A stretch of DNA of 64,000 nucleotides, taken from contig OX597842.1 in the NCBI GenBank assembly GCA_951406725.2, positions 13,020,001 to 13,084,000 of the forward strand, given 5' to 3'. Source of the DNA: Octopus vulgaris (taxonomy: Eukaryota). Below the pieces are notes generated by a model. The model was not told the DNA's origin. It saw only the letters and a list, made by a program, of their open reading frames with translations, and made no database searches. The stretch's first letter is position 1. The number at the start of each line of letters is the position of its first letter. This document shows positions 50,320 to 64,000 of the stretch, one piece after another. Position numbers and translations under genes: made by a program.

Positions 50320-50685
50320 CCATAGTGCAAAGGACTCCAAATTTGCCATCAAGATGTAGGACAAGATACTGTGATAGCCTGGGCTTCCGAGGCCCACAGC
50401 TCTTCAATATCCTCCCAAAGAACCTAAGAGACCTGCATGGGGTGGATGCAGATGTCTTTAAAATAAAACTGGATCTCTTCTTGTCAGGTGTCCCAGATGA
50501 ACCAACTTCACGGCAGGAGGGGCAGATGAAGGCAGCTGCATCGAACTCCCTCATGCACCAAATGGCAATTGCTAAAAAGCATTCGTGAAGTAAAATCATG
50601 TAGCAACACCAAATGGCGGTGCCCCAGCATGGCCACAGTTTGTGAGCTGAAACTAGATAAATAAAAAAATAAAAAAATAAAAAAA
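50320..50685 (+). mobile_element. 5'-truncated CR1/L2-group LINE 3' end
   Basis: [43 protein letters not shown], then the tail and A-rich repeats. Confidence 0.82.
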
Positions 50686-51010
50686 TACAACGGTTTTTTT
50701 CAGTTTCCGTCTACCAAATCCACTCACAAGGCTTTGGTCGGCCCGAGGCTATAATAAAAGATACTTGCCGAAGGTGCCATGCAGTGGGACTGAACCCACA
50801 ACAATGCGGTTGGGAAGCAAGCTTCTTACCACGCAGCCACTCCCATCATAATTAACTGATCCTTCCGTATTTTCTTTTACCAAAAACCAGGAACTTTTCG
50901 GTATTGCCTCTTCTGTATGTGTGTATATATATATATATAAATCTAGCTCTATAGCACTCTCTCTCGCTCTCTGGACATACGTGTGTGTGTGTATGTGTGT
51001 GTGTGTGTGT

Positions 51011-51053
<43 letters not shown>

Positions 51054-51268
51054 TTATTATCTAGCTCTATGGCACTCTATTATCTAGAGAACATATTCTT
51101 TGTGGAAAATAGCGATTTGACGTCTATATCTAGCATGTTGACCGTCCACTTTTAGTGGTCAGCCCTTTAAATTTTGTAGGTAAAAATATTTTAATCTTCG
51201 GATTTTTTTAATATGCTGGGCCACTGGTTTTAATTGATTAATATCAATTTCTACCCTTATTAAATTTT

Positions 51269-51477
<209 letters not shown>

Positions 51478-51486
51478 AATATTAAT

Positions 51487-51616
<130 letters not shown>

Positions 51617-51617
51617 C

Positions 51618-52025
51618 ACAGGTGTGGTTGTGTGGTAAGAAGCTTGCTTCCCAACCACACGCTTTCCGGTTCAGTCCCACTGCGTGGCACCTTGGGCAAG
51701 TGTCTTCTTTTATTGTCTCGGGCCGACCAATGCCTTGTGAGTGGATTTGGTGGACGGAAACTTGAAGAAGCCTGTCGTATATATGTATATATATGTATAT
51801 ATGTGTATGTGTGTGTGTGTTTGTCCCCCTACCATTGCTTGACAACCGATGCTGGTGTGTTTACGTCCCCGCAACCTAGCGGTTCGGCAAAAGAGACCGA
51901 TAGAATAAGTACTGGGCTTACAAAGAATAAGTCCCGGGGTCGATTTGCTCGACTAAAAGCGGTGCTCCAGCATGGCCGCAGTCAAATGACTGAAACAAGT
52001 AAGAGAGTAAAAAGAGTAAAAGAGT
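51618..52025 (+). mobile_element. SINE A after long (TA)n tracts (51273-51612)
   Basis: Matches the family consensus. Confidence 0.85.
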
Positions 52026-52067
52026 ATATATATATATATGCATATGTTTTATTTATTAATTAATTTA

Positions 52068-52180
<113 letters not shown>

Positions 52181-52334
52181 GGAATATTGACCTGGTCGCC
52201 TCGGCTGCAGGGTAGCATCGTTCTAAAGTTTCCACAAAACTAGAAAGGACATTGTGAAACAGCGACGTTGAACAATATCGGGATGTCTGGTCTATAGTTT
52301 GAGGTGTGTCTGTGTGTCACCGTGTGAGTGTAGT

Positions 52335-52373
<39 letters not shown>

Positions 52374-52507
52374 TAGGTTTGTAATTACCCGGCCAACATC
52401 CGAACAGAAACTAAACAAGTATATTAAAAGAATTCAGATTACGAAAACTCAAAGTAAAACGGTGAAACGGAAAACAGTTTCGTTTTTTAAAAAATTTGTA
52501 AACAGCA

Positions 52508-53299
52508 GTTTGTTGTTGTTGTTTTTGTTGTTGTTGTTATTGTTGTTGTTGTTGTAGTTATTGTTTCTTCTTCTTCTTCATCGTCGTCTTCTTCTTTCTC
52601 TTTCTTTTCTTCTTTTTCTTCTTCTTCTTCTTCTTCTTCTTCTCCTCCTTCTTCTTCTTCTTCATCTCCTTCTTCTTCTCCTTCTTCTTCTTCTTCTTCT
52701 TCTTCTTTCTTCTTCTTCTCATTCTTCTTCTCCTTCTTCTTCTTCTCCTCCTCCTTCTTCTTCTTCTCCTTCTTCTCCTTCTTCTCCTTCTTCTCCTTCT
52801 TCTTCTTCTTCTTCTTTCTTCTTCTTCTCCTTCTTCTTCTCCTTCTTCTTCTTCTTCTTCTTCTTCTTCTTCTTCTTCTTCTTCGTCTTCTTCTTCTCAT
52901 TCTTCTTCTTCTTCTTCTTCTTCTTCTTCTTCTTCTTCTTCTTCTTCGTCTTCTTCTTCTCATTCTTCTTCTTCTTCTTCTTCTTCTTCATCGCCTTCTT
53001 CTTCTTTCTCTTTCTTTTCTTCTGCATTTTCTTTTTTCTTCTTCTCCTTCTTCTTCTTCTTCTTCTTCTTCTTCTTCTTCTTCTTCTTCTTCTTCTTCTT
53101 CTTCTCCTTCTTCTTCTTCTTCTTCTTCTTCTTCTTCTTCTTCTTCTTCTTCTTCTTCTTCTTCTTCTTCTTCTTCTTCATCGTCGTCTTCTTCTTTCTC
53201 TTTCTTTTCTTCTTCTTCTGCTTTTCTTCTTCTTCTTCTTCTTCTTCTTCTTCTTCTTCTTCGTATTATTATTATTATTATTGTTGTTGTTGTTATTAC

Positions 53300-53359
<60 letters not shown>

Positions 53360-53378
53360 CATCATCATCATCATCACT
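52508..53378. repeat. (TTG)n/(TTC)n/(TTA)n/(ATC)n trinucleotide tract
   Basis: Read directly from the sequence. Confidence 0.96.
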
Positions 53379-53617
53379 ACCGCTATTACTTGAGATGGCG
53401 CTCTGGCAGAATCGTTAGCGTGCTGGGCAAACTTTCTATAGTTCTATTTCGTACGTCTTCACGTCCCGTGTTCAAATTCCGCCGACGACTTTGTCTTTCA
53501 TCCTAACAGGGTGGATAAATTAAGTACCAGTGAAACGCTGGGGGACGATTTAATCGACTTAACTTCTATCCACGAATTTCAGGCTTTGTACCATTTGCAG
53601 AAAGGATTTTTTTCCCC

Positions 53618-53997
53618 TTTACTCTTTTACTCTTTTACTTGTTTCAGTCATTTGACTGCGGCCATGCTGGAGCACCGCCTTTAGTCAAGCAAATCGACCC
53701 CGGGACTTATTCTTTGTAAGCCCAGTACTTATTCTATCGGTCTCTTTTGACACCAGCATCGGTTGTCAAGCAATGCTAGGGGACAAACACAGACACGCAA
53801 ACATATACACACATACATATATATATATACATATATACGACAGGCTTCTTTCAGTTTCCGTCCGCCAAATCCACTCACAAGGCTTTGGTCGGCCCGGGGC
53901 TATAGCAGAAGACACTTGCCCAAGATGCCACGCAGTGGGACTGAACCCGGAACCATGTGGTTGTTTAGCAAGCTACTTACCACACAGCCACTCCTGA
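53618..53997 (-). mobile_element. SINE A
   Basis: Matches the family consensus. Confidence 0.85.
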
Positions 53998-54004
53998 GAC
54001 TTTG

Positions 54005-55335
54005 TTGGAACTCCTGGAGCCTTGCATGTGTAGCGGGTTTACTACCTGCAGCCTACAATACCGTGCTAACCATTCTTTTCACCTATCCAGCACTTTCCTG
54101 GTTATTCTCACCGTACCAAGGAGGTAAACCTTTTGTAACAGTTCTACTGGGTACCCTAATCCAGTTTCCTTTATATTCCCCTTGATGCCTTCTGATACTG
54201 TTCCCAAGGACCCCAAAATAATTGGCACTGTATTCACCTTCTTCATTTTCCATAGCCGGGTCATTTCGTATTTAAGAGGGTTGTATCTATCTTTTCGTGT
54301 TCCTTCTCGACTATTCGTGGGTCAAAGGGGCATGCTACATCAACTATATAGCATATGTAAGGGCGGCGAGTTGGCAGAAACGTTAGCACGCCGGGCGAAA
54401 TGCTTAGCGGTATTTCGTCTGCCGTTACATTCTGAGTTCAAATTCCGCCGAGGTCGACTTTGCCTTTCATCCTTTCGGGGTTGATAAATAAGGTACCAGT
54501 TACGCACTGGAGTCGATGTAATCGACTTAATCCATTAGTCTGTCCTTGTTCGTCCCCTCTGTGTTTAGCCCCTTGTGGGTAATAAAGAAATAGGTATTTC
54601 GTCTGCTGCTACGTTCTGAGTTCAAATTCCGCCGAGGTCGACTTTGCCTTTCATCCTTTCGGGGTCGATAAATAAGGTACCAGTTACGCACTGGGGTCGA
54701 TGTAATCGACTTAATCCATTCGTCTGTCCTTGTTCGTCCCCTCTGTGTTTAGCCCCTTGTGAGTAGTAAAGAAATTTATATAGCATATGTGGTGCATCTT
54801 GTCCACCACGAATAGTCGAGAAGGAAGACGAAAAGATAGATACAGTATCAGAAGGCATCAAGGGGAATACAAAAGAAACTGGATTAGGGTGCCCTGTGGA
54901 ACTGTTACAGAAGGTTAGCCTCCTTGGCACGGTGAGAATAACCAGGAAAGTGCTGGATAGGTGAAAAGAATGATTAGCACGGTATTGTAGGCTGTAGGTA
55001 GTAAGCCCGCTACACATGCAAGGGTCCAGGAGTTCGGTTTCGGTCCGTTATGCTCAAGCACCTGATCTGTTTGAATTGGGAAATCCCAGAGGATTTTGTT
55101 AGTCTCCGACTCCGCCACTCTCTGCGGCTTCTGCTCATACCACATTTTCCCTCCCTTTCTAGCCCCCCCCCCCGCTTTTCGTACAGTTTGCAATGTAGCA
55201 CTTTCGCAAGCTGATCATGTCCCCACAACTTGTAGTGGTTTGGGGGCAAGTCTAAGGCATCCGTTTGTGATATGGAGAATGGGTTCATCCTCTCTGATAC
55301 AGCGGAGACACTTGCTCATTCCAAACGTTGAACCC
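54005..55335. pseudogene. Rearranged fragments of a second R4/Dong-type element, with a nested SINE B dimer (54361-54775)
   Basis: Minus: KYEMTRLWKMKKVNTVPIILGSLG..LLGTVRITRKVLD and HDQLAKVLH..KILWDFPIQTD. A plus-strand inverted copy of the 3' end lies at 54790-55035. SINE TSD TATATAGCATATGT. Confidence 0.8.
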
Positions 55336-55470
55336 TAATTCGTGGCCAAAGCTTGGTCTTGCGCTGCCAGTGAACCGCGACCTCTTCACTAACAAAGCTT
55401 CGTGCTATATATACATTTATATATACATTTATACGTATATAATAATGTGCATTCACGTATATATATCTAT

Positions 55471-55522
<52 letters not shown>

Positions 55523-55576
55523 CTATCATCTATCTATCTATATATCTATCTATCTATCTATCTCACTATCTATCTA

Positions 55577-55611
<35 letters not shown>

Positions 55612-55623
55612 CTCTCTATCTCA

Positions 55624-55852
<229 letters not shown>

Positions 55853-56299
55853 TATATAATGTGCATTCACGCGCCTAACTCGGGTTCAGAAGTTACAGCC
55901 CGAGGTGTTATCTATAATCGAAAATATTAAAAGTAATGCAAATTCAATGTTTTCTTGAAACAATAAATTTCTTTAGAGATTAGGATTTAAATTCCAATCT
56001 ATTAAAATTTTCCGTTCTACAATATTCTTAAAGGAACGAAAAAAATTTCCAGCAAATCGGGCTAATTCGAATGAGCCTGGTAGGTGTAAACGACTCCTTG
56101 GTATCTCTTGTCAAGAGTACAGGCGACAGTTAGATCACTGATGTTTGTTGTGTACTCCGCTGTTGTACTTTGATTGCTGTTATTCTGTACGTCTGTGTGT
56201 AAAGAACAGTTGTGTTTTGCAGGGTTGCTATATTTTCACCCTTAACTTAGAAACAGAGAAAGACATAGTGCTAGATATAAAAATAAGTCATTGGGGACT

Positions 56300-56685
56300 G
56301 GGAAGCACTCCGTCGGTTACGACGACGAGGGTTCCGGTTGATCCGAATCAACGGAACAGCCTGCTCGTGAAATTAACGTGTAAGTGGCTGAGCACTCCAC
56401 AGACACGTGTACCCTTAACGTAGTTCTCGGGGATATTCAGCGTGACACAGAGAGTGACAAGGCCGGCTCTTTGAAATACAGGTACAACAGAAACAGGAAG
56501 TAAGAGTGAGAGAAAGTTGTGGTGAAAGAGTACAGCAGGGATCACCACCATCCCCTGCCGGAGCCTCGTGGAACTTTTAGGTGTTTTCGCTCAATAAACA
56601 CTCACAACGCCCGGTCTGGGAATCGAAGCCACGATCCTATGACCGCGAGTCCGCTGCCCTAACCACTGGGCCATTGCGCCTCCAC
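56300..56685 (-). mobile_element. SINE C, full length, 11-bp TSD
   Basis: CATTGGGGACT at 56289-56299 and 56686-56696. Confidence 0.9.
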
Positions 56686-57459
56686 CATTGGGGACTAGGA
56701 ACATTGCGGGAAAACGTGACATTCTTCGGGAAGGAATGGGTCTTATGCGAAATCTATGATGAGCACAAGTGACGCTGAGGACCTGGAGTCGCCTCTGATA
56801 TAAATATGAAGATTTGATCAACTAGACCCGTATCAAGGGATAGTATGGGGCCTCGTTCCCAACAGGCGCAGCTTGCCATCTAGAAGGAATATTTCCTGAA
56901 CATCATTGATCGAGAATGCTTACAACTGGAGAAATCCACTAAGGAGATATGAACCTTTGTTTCTGTATATATATACATATATATATTTTTTTTGTTCCTT
57001 TGTTTCTGTCATTTGACTCTGGCCATGCAGGAGTACCGCCTTTCATTTGAACAAATTGACCATGTGGTTGAGAAGCAAGTTTCTTACCACCACACAGCCA
57101 GACCTGAGCCTGTATACGAGGTGTACATACATACATACATACATACATACACACATATATTATATATGCATGTATATATATATGTGTGTATACATATATA
57201 TATTCGCCATGATAGATCGCTGCCACTACACATACTTTATTCTCTCTCTTTGTTTCTTTCTGAGTTCCTTTCTGTGGAAGAGCGTAGGCGCGAAACGTTA
57301 AAGACTTTTCACTTCCCGAGCGTTATACTAATACATCTGTTTGTTGTCTACACCACCTATCTTTGTCTTTTGTTTTTTCGTGAATTCTCCCTATATATAT
57401 ATAGACAAGCATACATATATGTGTGCGTATGTATATAAACACATATATATGTTAACAGA

Positions 57460-58529
57460 CAACGGAATGGAGCATGCGAAAGTAATAGCTATTCACTAAT
57501 TGCGACGAACATACAGCATTTCTGATACGTCCAGTATCCTATCGTTTATTGCAACGCACAGCTCAAAAAGCTGAAGTATCTACTACATTATCCACCCGAA
57601 CATTGCACCACCCAAAATGAAATCAGAACTCGAAATATACAAAATGATCGAAGGCAATTTACAATCAAAATCCTCCAGAAAACTGCTCACTGGTGCTAAA
57701 TTACCCTCCTCAAATTCTACAGCGACAGTCAAAAATTGTGGCCGCTCTAACTGCGTAGCTTGCTTCAATCTTATTCAAGACAAAATATGTAAGTTTAAAT
57801 CATGACGGATTTTACGATAAGAAAAATCATTTTGTGTGTTCATCAAGAATTTATTATATGCTATTAAATGCAAAGGATGCAACGAAAATTATATAGGTCA
57901 AAGAAGACTTACTCTTAGATATAGTCAAGATATTCATAGACAACAAATACGTGACCTCTATAGTAGACAGATGCCACTAAGCGGACATATAGACGCATGT
58001 GCAAAAAATCAATGTCAGTCAATACTACAGATGAAGTACGGGTAAACAAAGAAAATAAATTCTTACAAAAATACAAACGAAGACTGAATAAAATTTAACG
58101 AAGTATATTCACCCATAACGAGTCACAGACAAACTCATTCTTCCGCTTGACAAGTTGAATTTACACAACTAATAGCCTAAACTTTAGACACAATCATGAC
58201 TTTTTCTCATATGACACGAACGCACGAATTTAGTTGAGAAGAAATTTACTGTCTCTGTGCATACATACAAATCATAACATTTCAATCACTGAGCTGCATA
58301 CAAACAATTCCTGTCCACTCTACGACTTGACAGAATAAATTTAGAGAACTTTGATTGAATGCAACTCTCACTAGACATGTTTATTCGATCTTGTCAGACT
58401 TAATTTTCAGCGCAAACACTTCTGTCACATGATACAATAGAAATAGGAGAAATTCCAAACTCCAAACAGAAGCAAAACAACTGTGGCGTAGGCCCACGTC
58501 GTTCTATCTCAAATTTTGAAAATCAGAAG

Positions 58530-58530
<1 letters not shown>
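57460..58530 (+). pseudogene. Penelope-like element 3' part with a degenerate GIY-YIG endonuclease
   Basis: LLTGAK..CGRSNCVAC, then NLLYAIKCKGCNENYIGQ..LR..HRQQI..H. Confidence 0.8.
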
Positions 58531-58572
<42 letters not shown>

Positions 58573-58582
<10 letters not shown>

Positions 58583-58707
58583 TATTAGAGACAAAACCAC
58601 TATTTTGCAAAACAAACAAGGAAAGTCTTAATCAATTTTATGTATTGATTAAGACTTTCCTTGTTTGTTTTGCAAAATAGTGGTTTTGTCTCTAATAATA
58701 TTTTATA
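58573..58707. repeat. Perfect inverted repeat, 64-bp arms, 7-bp spacer
   Basis: 58573-58636 vs 58644-58707. The right arm and flank are homologous to 32370-32500. Confidence 0.93.
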
Positions 58708-58786
58708 ATATTTTACTATAAAATTGGATTTAATCCTAAATCTGATTTTTTTCCCTGTAAATTTGGATTTATTCCCTAATATTTAT

Positions 58787-58886
<100 letters not shown>

Positions 58887-58909
58887 TTTTCTATCTATCT
58901 ATCTATCTA

Positions 58910-59427
58910 TGGTCAATCTCTCATCAACTTCTTCAAGTACAACTTGAAAAGGAAAGTGAGAGTAGAGAGGCAAGTTTTGTCTAGCGAATGTTTTAAAAAA
59001 AGATGGGTGAATGTAGCAAGAATGGCACGTATGAATGACGAAGCCACCTTGAGCATAATCCTATGAACCCAGAAATTGAAAACAGAGAGTTGCTTATTTG
59101 CAAAAAAAAAAAAGAAATATAAAATGTGACTTCATTGACCGAGGTTACCGTGGTCTTTTCCGTAGGCTTTTCTTTCCACGGGTAAACCTCATCTGTCCTC
59201 CCCTTTACACTTCATATTGACATTTCTGTGATAACGATCCCTATTGATCATTTTTTCCTCTCCCCCGTTTTTTTAACCCCCTTTTTTGTCCTCTTTCTCT
59301 CCTTTTACGATCCCTTTTGATCGAAACTCCCCCCTTTCTTCTTTTTTTTTTTAAACCTTCAAAAGAAAAGCTCTACCTTGTAATTTGTTCTATCTGTGTG
59401 CAGCCCTGTGTGGCTAATAAAGAAACA
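58910..59427 (+). mobile_element. Short 5'-truncated Tx1-clade LINE inside (TATC)n
   Basis: GQSLINFFKYNLKRKVRVER..SECFKKRWVNVARM matches the C-terminus of ORF 31436-32338. (TATC)n on both sides. Confidence 0.85.
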
Positions 59428-59536
<109 letters not shown>

Positions 59537-59545
59537 GTCTGTCTA

Positions 59546-59613
<68 letters not shown>

Positions 59614-59634
59614 CCTACCTACCCACCTACCTTC

Positions 59635-59716
<82 letters not shown>

Positions 59717-59733
59717 GTCTGTCTATCTGTCTG

Positions 59734-59813
<80 letters not shown>

Positions 59814-59834
59814 CCTACCTACCCACCTACCTTC

Positions 59835-59878
<44 letters not shown>

Positions 59879-60317
59879 ATAAATATATATATATATAGTG
59901 AGAATTTACAAATAAAAAAAGGACGAAGGTGGGTGTGTAAGCAACAAACAGATGAATTAGTTTAACGCCCGGGAAAGGAGAAAGTCTTTTAAGTTTCGAG
60001 CCTACGCTCTTCGACAGAAAGGAACATAGAAATAAGAAGGGAGAGAAAATAGAAAAAGGTTTAGTGGCTAGCGACCTCTCATGGCGAATGCCGGACAGAG
60101 GGGTCAAACAGGAGAGCTAGGAAGAAGGGGAGATAATAAAGTAGTGGTGATCCCAATACGAAGGTGCGCATGCGTATGTATGTGAGAGTTTGTATGTGCG
60201 TATGGAAGAGGGCTGGTGCCATTGACATGTACGTGTGTAGTTGTGTGGATGATGGTGTAGGTGCGGGGTGGTGTGATGTGAATTAGTGGGGTATGAAGGA
60301 ATCTGGTATATATATAT

Positions 60318-60481
60318 AGGCGCAGGGGTGACTGCGTGGTAAGACACTTGCTTCCCAACCACATGGTTCTGGATTCAATTCCACTGCGTGGCACCTCGGG
60401 CAAGTGTCTTCTAGTATAGCACCAGGTCGACTAAAGCGTTGTGAGTAGATTTGATAGACGGAAACTAAAAGAAGCCCGTCG

Positions 60482-60532
<51 letters not shown>

Positions 60533-60695
60533 CTGTGGTTGTCGCCCTTCCCCCACCATCGCTTGATAACCGATGTTGGTGTGTTTGTGCTCCCCGTAAC
60601 TTAGCTGTTCGGCAAAAAGAGATCGATATAATAAATACCAGGCTTACAAAGAATATGTCCTGAACACGAAACAAATAAAAGAATAAAGAAAAAAA

Positions 60696-60752
<57 letters not shown>

Positions 60753-61135
60753 CGCAGGAGTGGCTGCGTGGTTAGTAGCTTGTTTACCAACCACATGGTT
60801 CCGGGTTCAGTCCCATTGCGTGGCACCTTGAGCAAGTGTCTCCTACTATAGCCTCGGGCCGACCAAAGCCTTGTGAGTGGATTTGGTAGACGGAAACTGA
60901 AAGAAGCCCGTCGTATATATGTATATATAAGTATATATATGCGTGTGTGTCCCCCTAGCATTGCTTGACAACCGATGCTGGTGTGTTTACGTCGCCGTTA
61001 CTTAGCGGTTCGGCAAAAGAAAATAAGTACTGGGCTTACAAAGAATAAGTCCCGGGATCGAGTTGCTCGATTAAAGGCGGTGCTCCAGCATGGCCGCAGT
61101 CAAATGACTGAAACAAGTAAAAGGGTAAAAGAGTA
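60318..61135 (+). mobile_element. Two SINE A copies
   Basis: Heads at ~60318 and ~60750. Confidence 0.85.
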
Positions 61136-61175
61136 TATGTGTGTGTGTAGTTAATCAAATATCAAAAGTAAGCAG

Positions 61176-61265
<90 letters not shown>

Positions 61266-61342
61266 GGAGTAAAAACTGTCCGATGAACGGCAACGGGAAA
61301 CTCAGAGTAACAGGTTTTGTTGAATTTTCTGCTGCTTTAAAT

Positions 61343-61385
<43 letters not shown>

Positions 61386-61420
61386 GCGAGAATGAAGCAA
61401 CAAGAATGGATAGGTTTTTA

Positions 61421-61463
<43 letters not shown>

Positions 61464-61504
61464 AAAAAGAAGTTTGAAAATGCCACTATATTAGATGAAT
61501 TTTA

Positions 61505-61552
61505 ATTTTTACATGTTTCGGTTCTTGAAATAACGAACCTTATCAAAAAGAA
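61505..61552 (-). ncRNA. Minimal hammerhead-like motif with a U3-A8 core variant
   Basis: TTT-TTGATAA-GGTTC(loop)GAACC-GAAA-CATG-TA-AAA. Confidence 0.45.
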
Positions 61553-61859
61553 TTTTTTTATAATAAAGAGTATAATGGAATAGTTCATAATTGGTACGTA
61601 CATTCAATAGAATCCATGTTCTTGAAAAGGCGAAAAATATATTATAAGGTGTAAGTCGTTCCTTACTGTTTTGTGAAGTGTAGTGCAGGAGTTCATTATA
61701 GATTTTACCTTGTGTTCCGATGGGAGCAACAGTAGTGATTCTTGGTTGTCGACTGTTAGCATAATTTTGGTAACTTTGTGATTGTTGGGTTTATATCAGT
61801 TAAGTTGTGGCTTATATATATATATATAATACGGACTTACAACGTGCTATACGCAAAAC

Positions 61860-62040
61860 TGCTGCACTTGATATGAAACATTCTCATTTGACTCCCAAGA
61901 TACGTCTGAGGCGCTTTTGCTGAAAACTCTCCACCATTTCCATATGGTGCCTGTAAATGGTCCACGTCACCCTTGTTTAAAGAAGTGTAGTCAAGATACA
62001 CGCTTTATAGACACAGATTTTTGTCTGCAGGGTAATACCC
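61860..62040 (-). pseudogene. Degenerate RTE-clade LINE fragment
   Basis: LQTKICVYKACILTTLL*..TWTIYRHH..ESFQQKRLRRILGVK. Confidence 0.65.
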
Positions 62041-62507
62041 CTGTCTCTATTATGATCTTATACTGATATATAGATCTTATACTTATATAAAGAGACCGAT
62101 AGAATAAATACTGGGCTTACAAAGAGAAAGTCCCGGGGTCGATTTTTTCGATTAAAGGCGGTGCTCAAGCATGGCCGCAGTCAAATGAATGAAACAAGTA
62201 AATGAGTAAAAAAGAGTAAAAGAGTATATATATAAGTGACGGGGACGTAAACACACCAGCATCGGTTGTCAAGCAATGCTAGGGGGACAAACACAGACAC
62301 ACTAACACACACACACATGCATATATATATATATATATACATATATACGACAGGCTTCTTTCAGCTTGCGTCTACCAAATCCACTCACAAGGCATTGGTC
62401 GGCCCGGGGCCATAGCAGAAGACACTTGCCCAAGATGCCACGCAGTGGGACTGAACCCGGAACCATGTGGTTGGTTAGCAAGCTACTTACCACACAGCCA
62501 CTCCTGC

Positions 62508-62550
<43 letters not shown>

Positions 62551-62777
62551 CACGCCTCTTTCTATTTTCTCTCCTTGTTTCTTTCTGTGTTCCCTTCTGT
62601 TGAAGAGCATAGGCTCGAAACGTAAAAGACCTCACTCCCCGAGCGTTAACTAATACACCTGTTTGTTGTCTACACACCCGTCTTCGACTTTTGTTTTTTT
62701 CTTTGTAAATCCTCACTACACATACATATACATACACACATACATATACTATAAAAGGCACAAAACACACACACAAG

Positions 62778-62822
<45 letters not shown>

Positions 62823-62924
62823 ACGGGAAGCTTTATGAAAATAAACAAAAGACGAAGGCAGGTGGAATACAAACAAACAATTGTTCTAGTATGGCGCTCA
62901 GGAATATATATATATAGAGAGAGA

Positions 62925-62977
62925 GAGCTTCCTGATGATTTCTTTTGAATGAAACAGTTCTAGTCCTGTAGAAGCTC
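62925..62977 (+). ncRNA. Type I hammerhead ribozyme candidate (second copy of the 37441 family)
   Basis: GAGCTTC-CTGATGA-tTTCttttGAAt-GAAA-CAGttctagtcCTG-TA-GAAGCTC. Differs only in loop II. Confidence 0.78.
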
Positions 62978-62985
62978 CTTCTATA

Positions 62986-63026
<41 letters not shown>

Positions 63027-63168
63027 GTATATACAGAGAGAGAGTGAGAGTGAGAGAGAGATTGATAGATAAATAGATAGACAGGTAGATAGTGTATGTA
63101 TTGATGTATATATATATACATACATATATGCATACATACATACATACATCGACATATGCCTACACAGG

Positions 63169-63246
<78 letters not shown>

Positions 63247-63571
63247 TACACAGATACACGTACAGGCAAATGTTCTTAAAGACACAGCTACGTACACACG
63301 CACAAGCACACAAACACACATGGACACGCACGTGACCGCGCGCGCACGCACACCTTTCCTATGCTGTCAATCTCCTTGCAAGTGCGATCGATCGATGCCG
63401 GTCCATTGCACGGAACCGTTAGTTCCGGTGAATGAGTTTCTTCTTAACGGAGATCTGACACAAGCCTTGGCGACACGGACGAAACCTTAACATTGACGTA
63501 ACATGCTTTGATTTGCTTGGATTCCATCACGCAACGCTACTCCGATATTTCTGTGTCCACGAATGTACGCA

Positions 63572-63574
<3 letters not shown>

Positions 63575-63658
<84 letters not shown>

Positions 63659-63730
63659 GTGTGTGGGTGTGTGTGTCTGTGTGTGTGTGTGTGTTTGTGT
63701 GTGTGTTTGTGTGTGTGTTTGTGTGTGTGC

Positions 63731-63771
<41 letters not shown>

Positions 63772-63866
63772 TGTTTGTATGTTTGTGTGTGTGTGAGTGT
63801 CTGTGTGTGTGCTTGTGTGTGTGTGTGTGTGTTTGTATGTGTGTGTCTGTGTGTGTGTGTTTGTGT

Positions 63867-63898
<32 letters not shown>

Positions 63899-64000
63899 TT
63901 GTGTGTTTGTGTGTGTGCGTGTTTGTGTGTGTTTGTGTGTGTTTGTGTGTGTTTGTGTGTGTTTGTGCGTGTGTGTGTCTGTGTCTGTGTGCGTGTGTTT
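63575..64000. repeat. (GT)n-derived microsatellite
   Basis: Read directly from the sequence. Confidence 0.96.

Noticed and set aside
52211-52305. Next coding exon for the 48422 gene after CTGCAG
   Set aside because: All three frames contain stops.
52487-53418. Poly-K/E/R/L/F ORFs
   Set aside because: (TTC)n/(TTA)n artefacts.
56697-56940. Possible Tc1/mariner transposase remnant
   Set aside because: Motif similarity too weak to support without a search.

Overview
Eukaryotic, extremely repeat-rich, AT-rich genomic DNA. The SINE families and microsatellite load suggest a coleoid cephalopod, probably Octopus; this is inferred and not proven. Most ORF-track entries are microsatellite artefacts. 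Mobile content: a near-intact R4/Dong-clade non-LTR retrotransposon (RT plus restriction-like endonuclease, one frameshift) in (TAA)n; fragments of Penelope, Tx1/L1, RTE and CR1/L2-group LINEs; a non-autonomous Helitron nested in a Tc1/mariner remnant; and three abundant tRNA-derived SINE families (here A, B, C), some in tandem arrays. Other content: a 144-bp satellite and two candidate signal-peptide first exons of host genes (7415-7608 minus; 48422-48482 plus). Main second-look signals: (i) several distinct hammerhead-ribozyme-like motifs in Penelope-type terminal repeats, including canonical, palindromic, U3-A8 and a possibly non-circularly permuted form; (ii) a 3' tail shared by a Tx1 LINE, SINE B and an ORF1-only HAL1-like element; (iii) a 3' stem-loop shared by the CR1/L2 LINE, SINE A and ~50-bp tail-only inserts; (iv) apparent microsatellite targeting of (TAA)n and (GATA)n.
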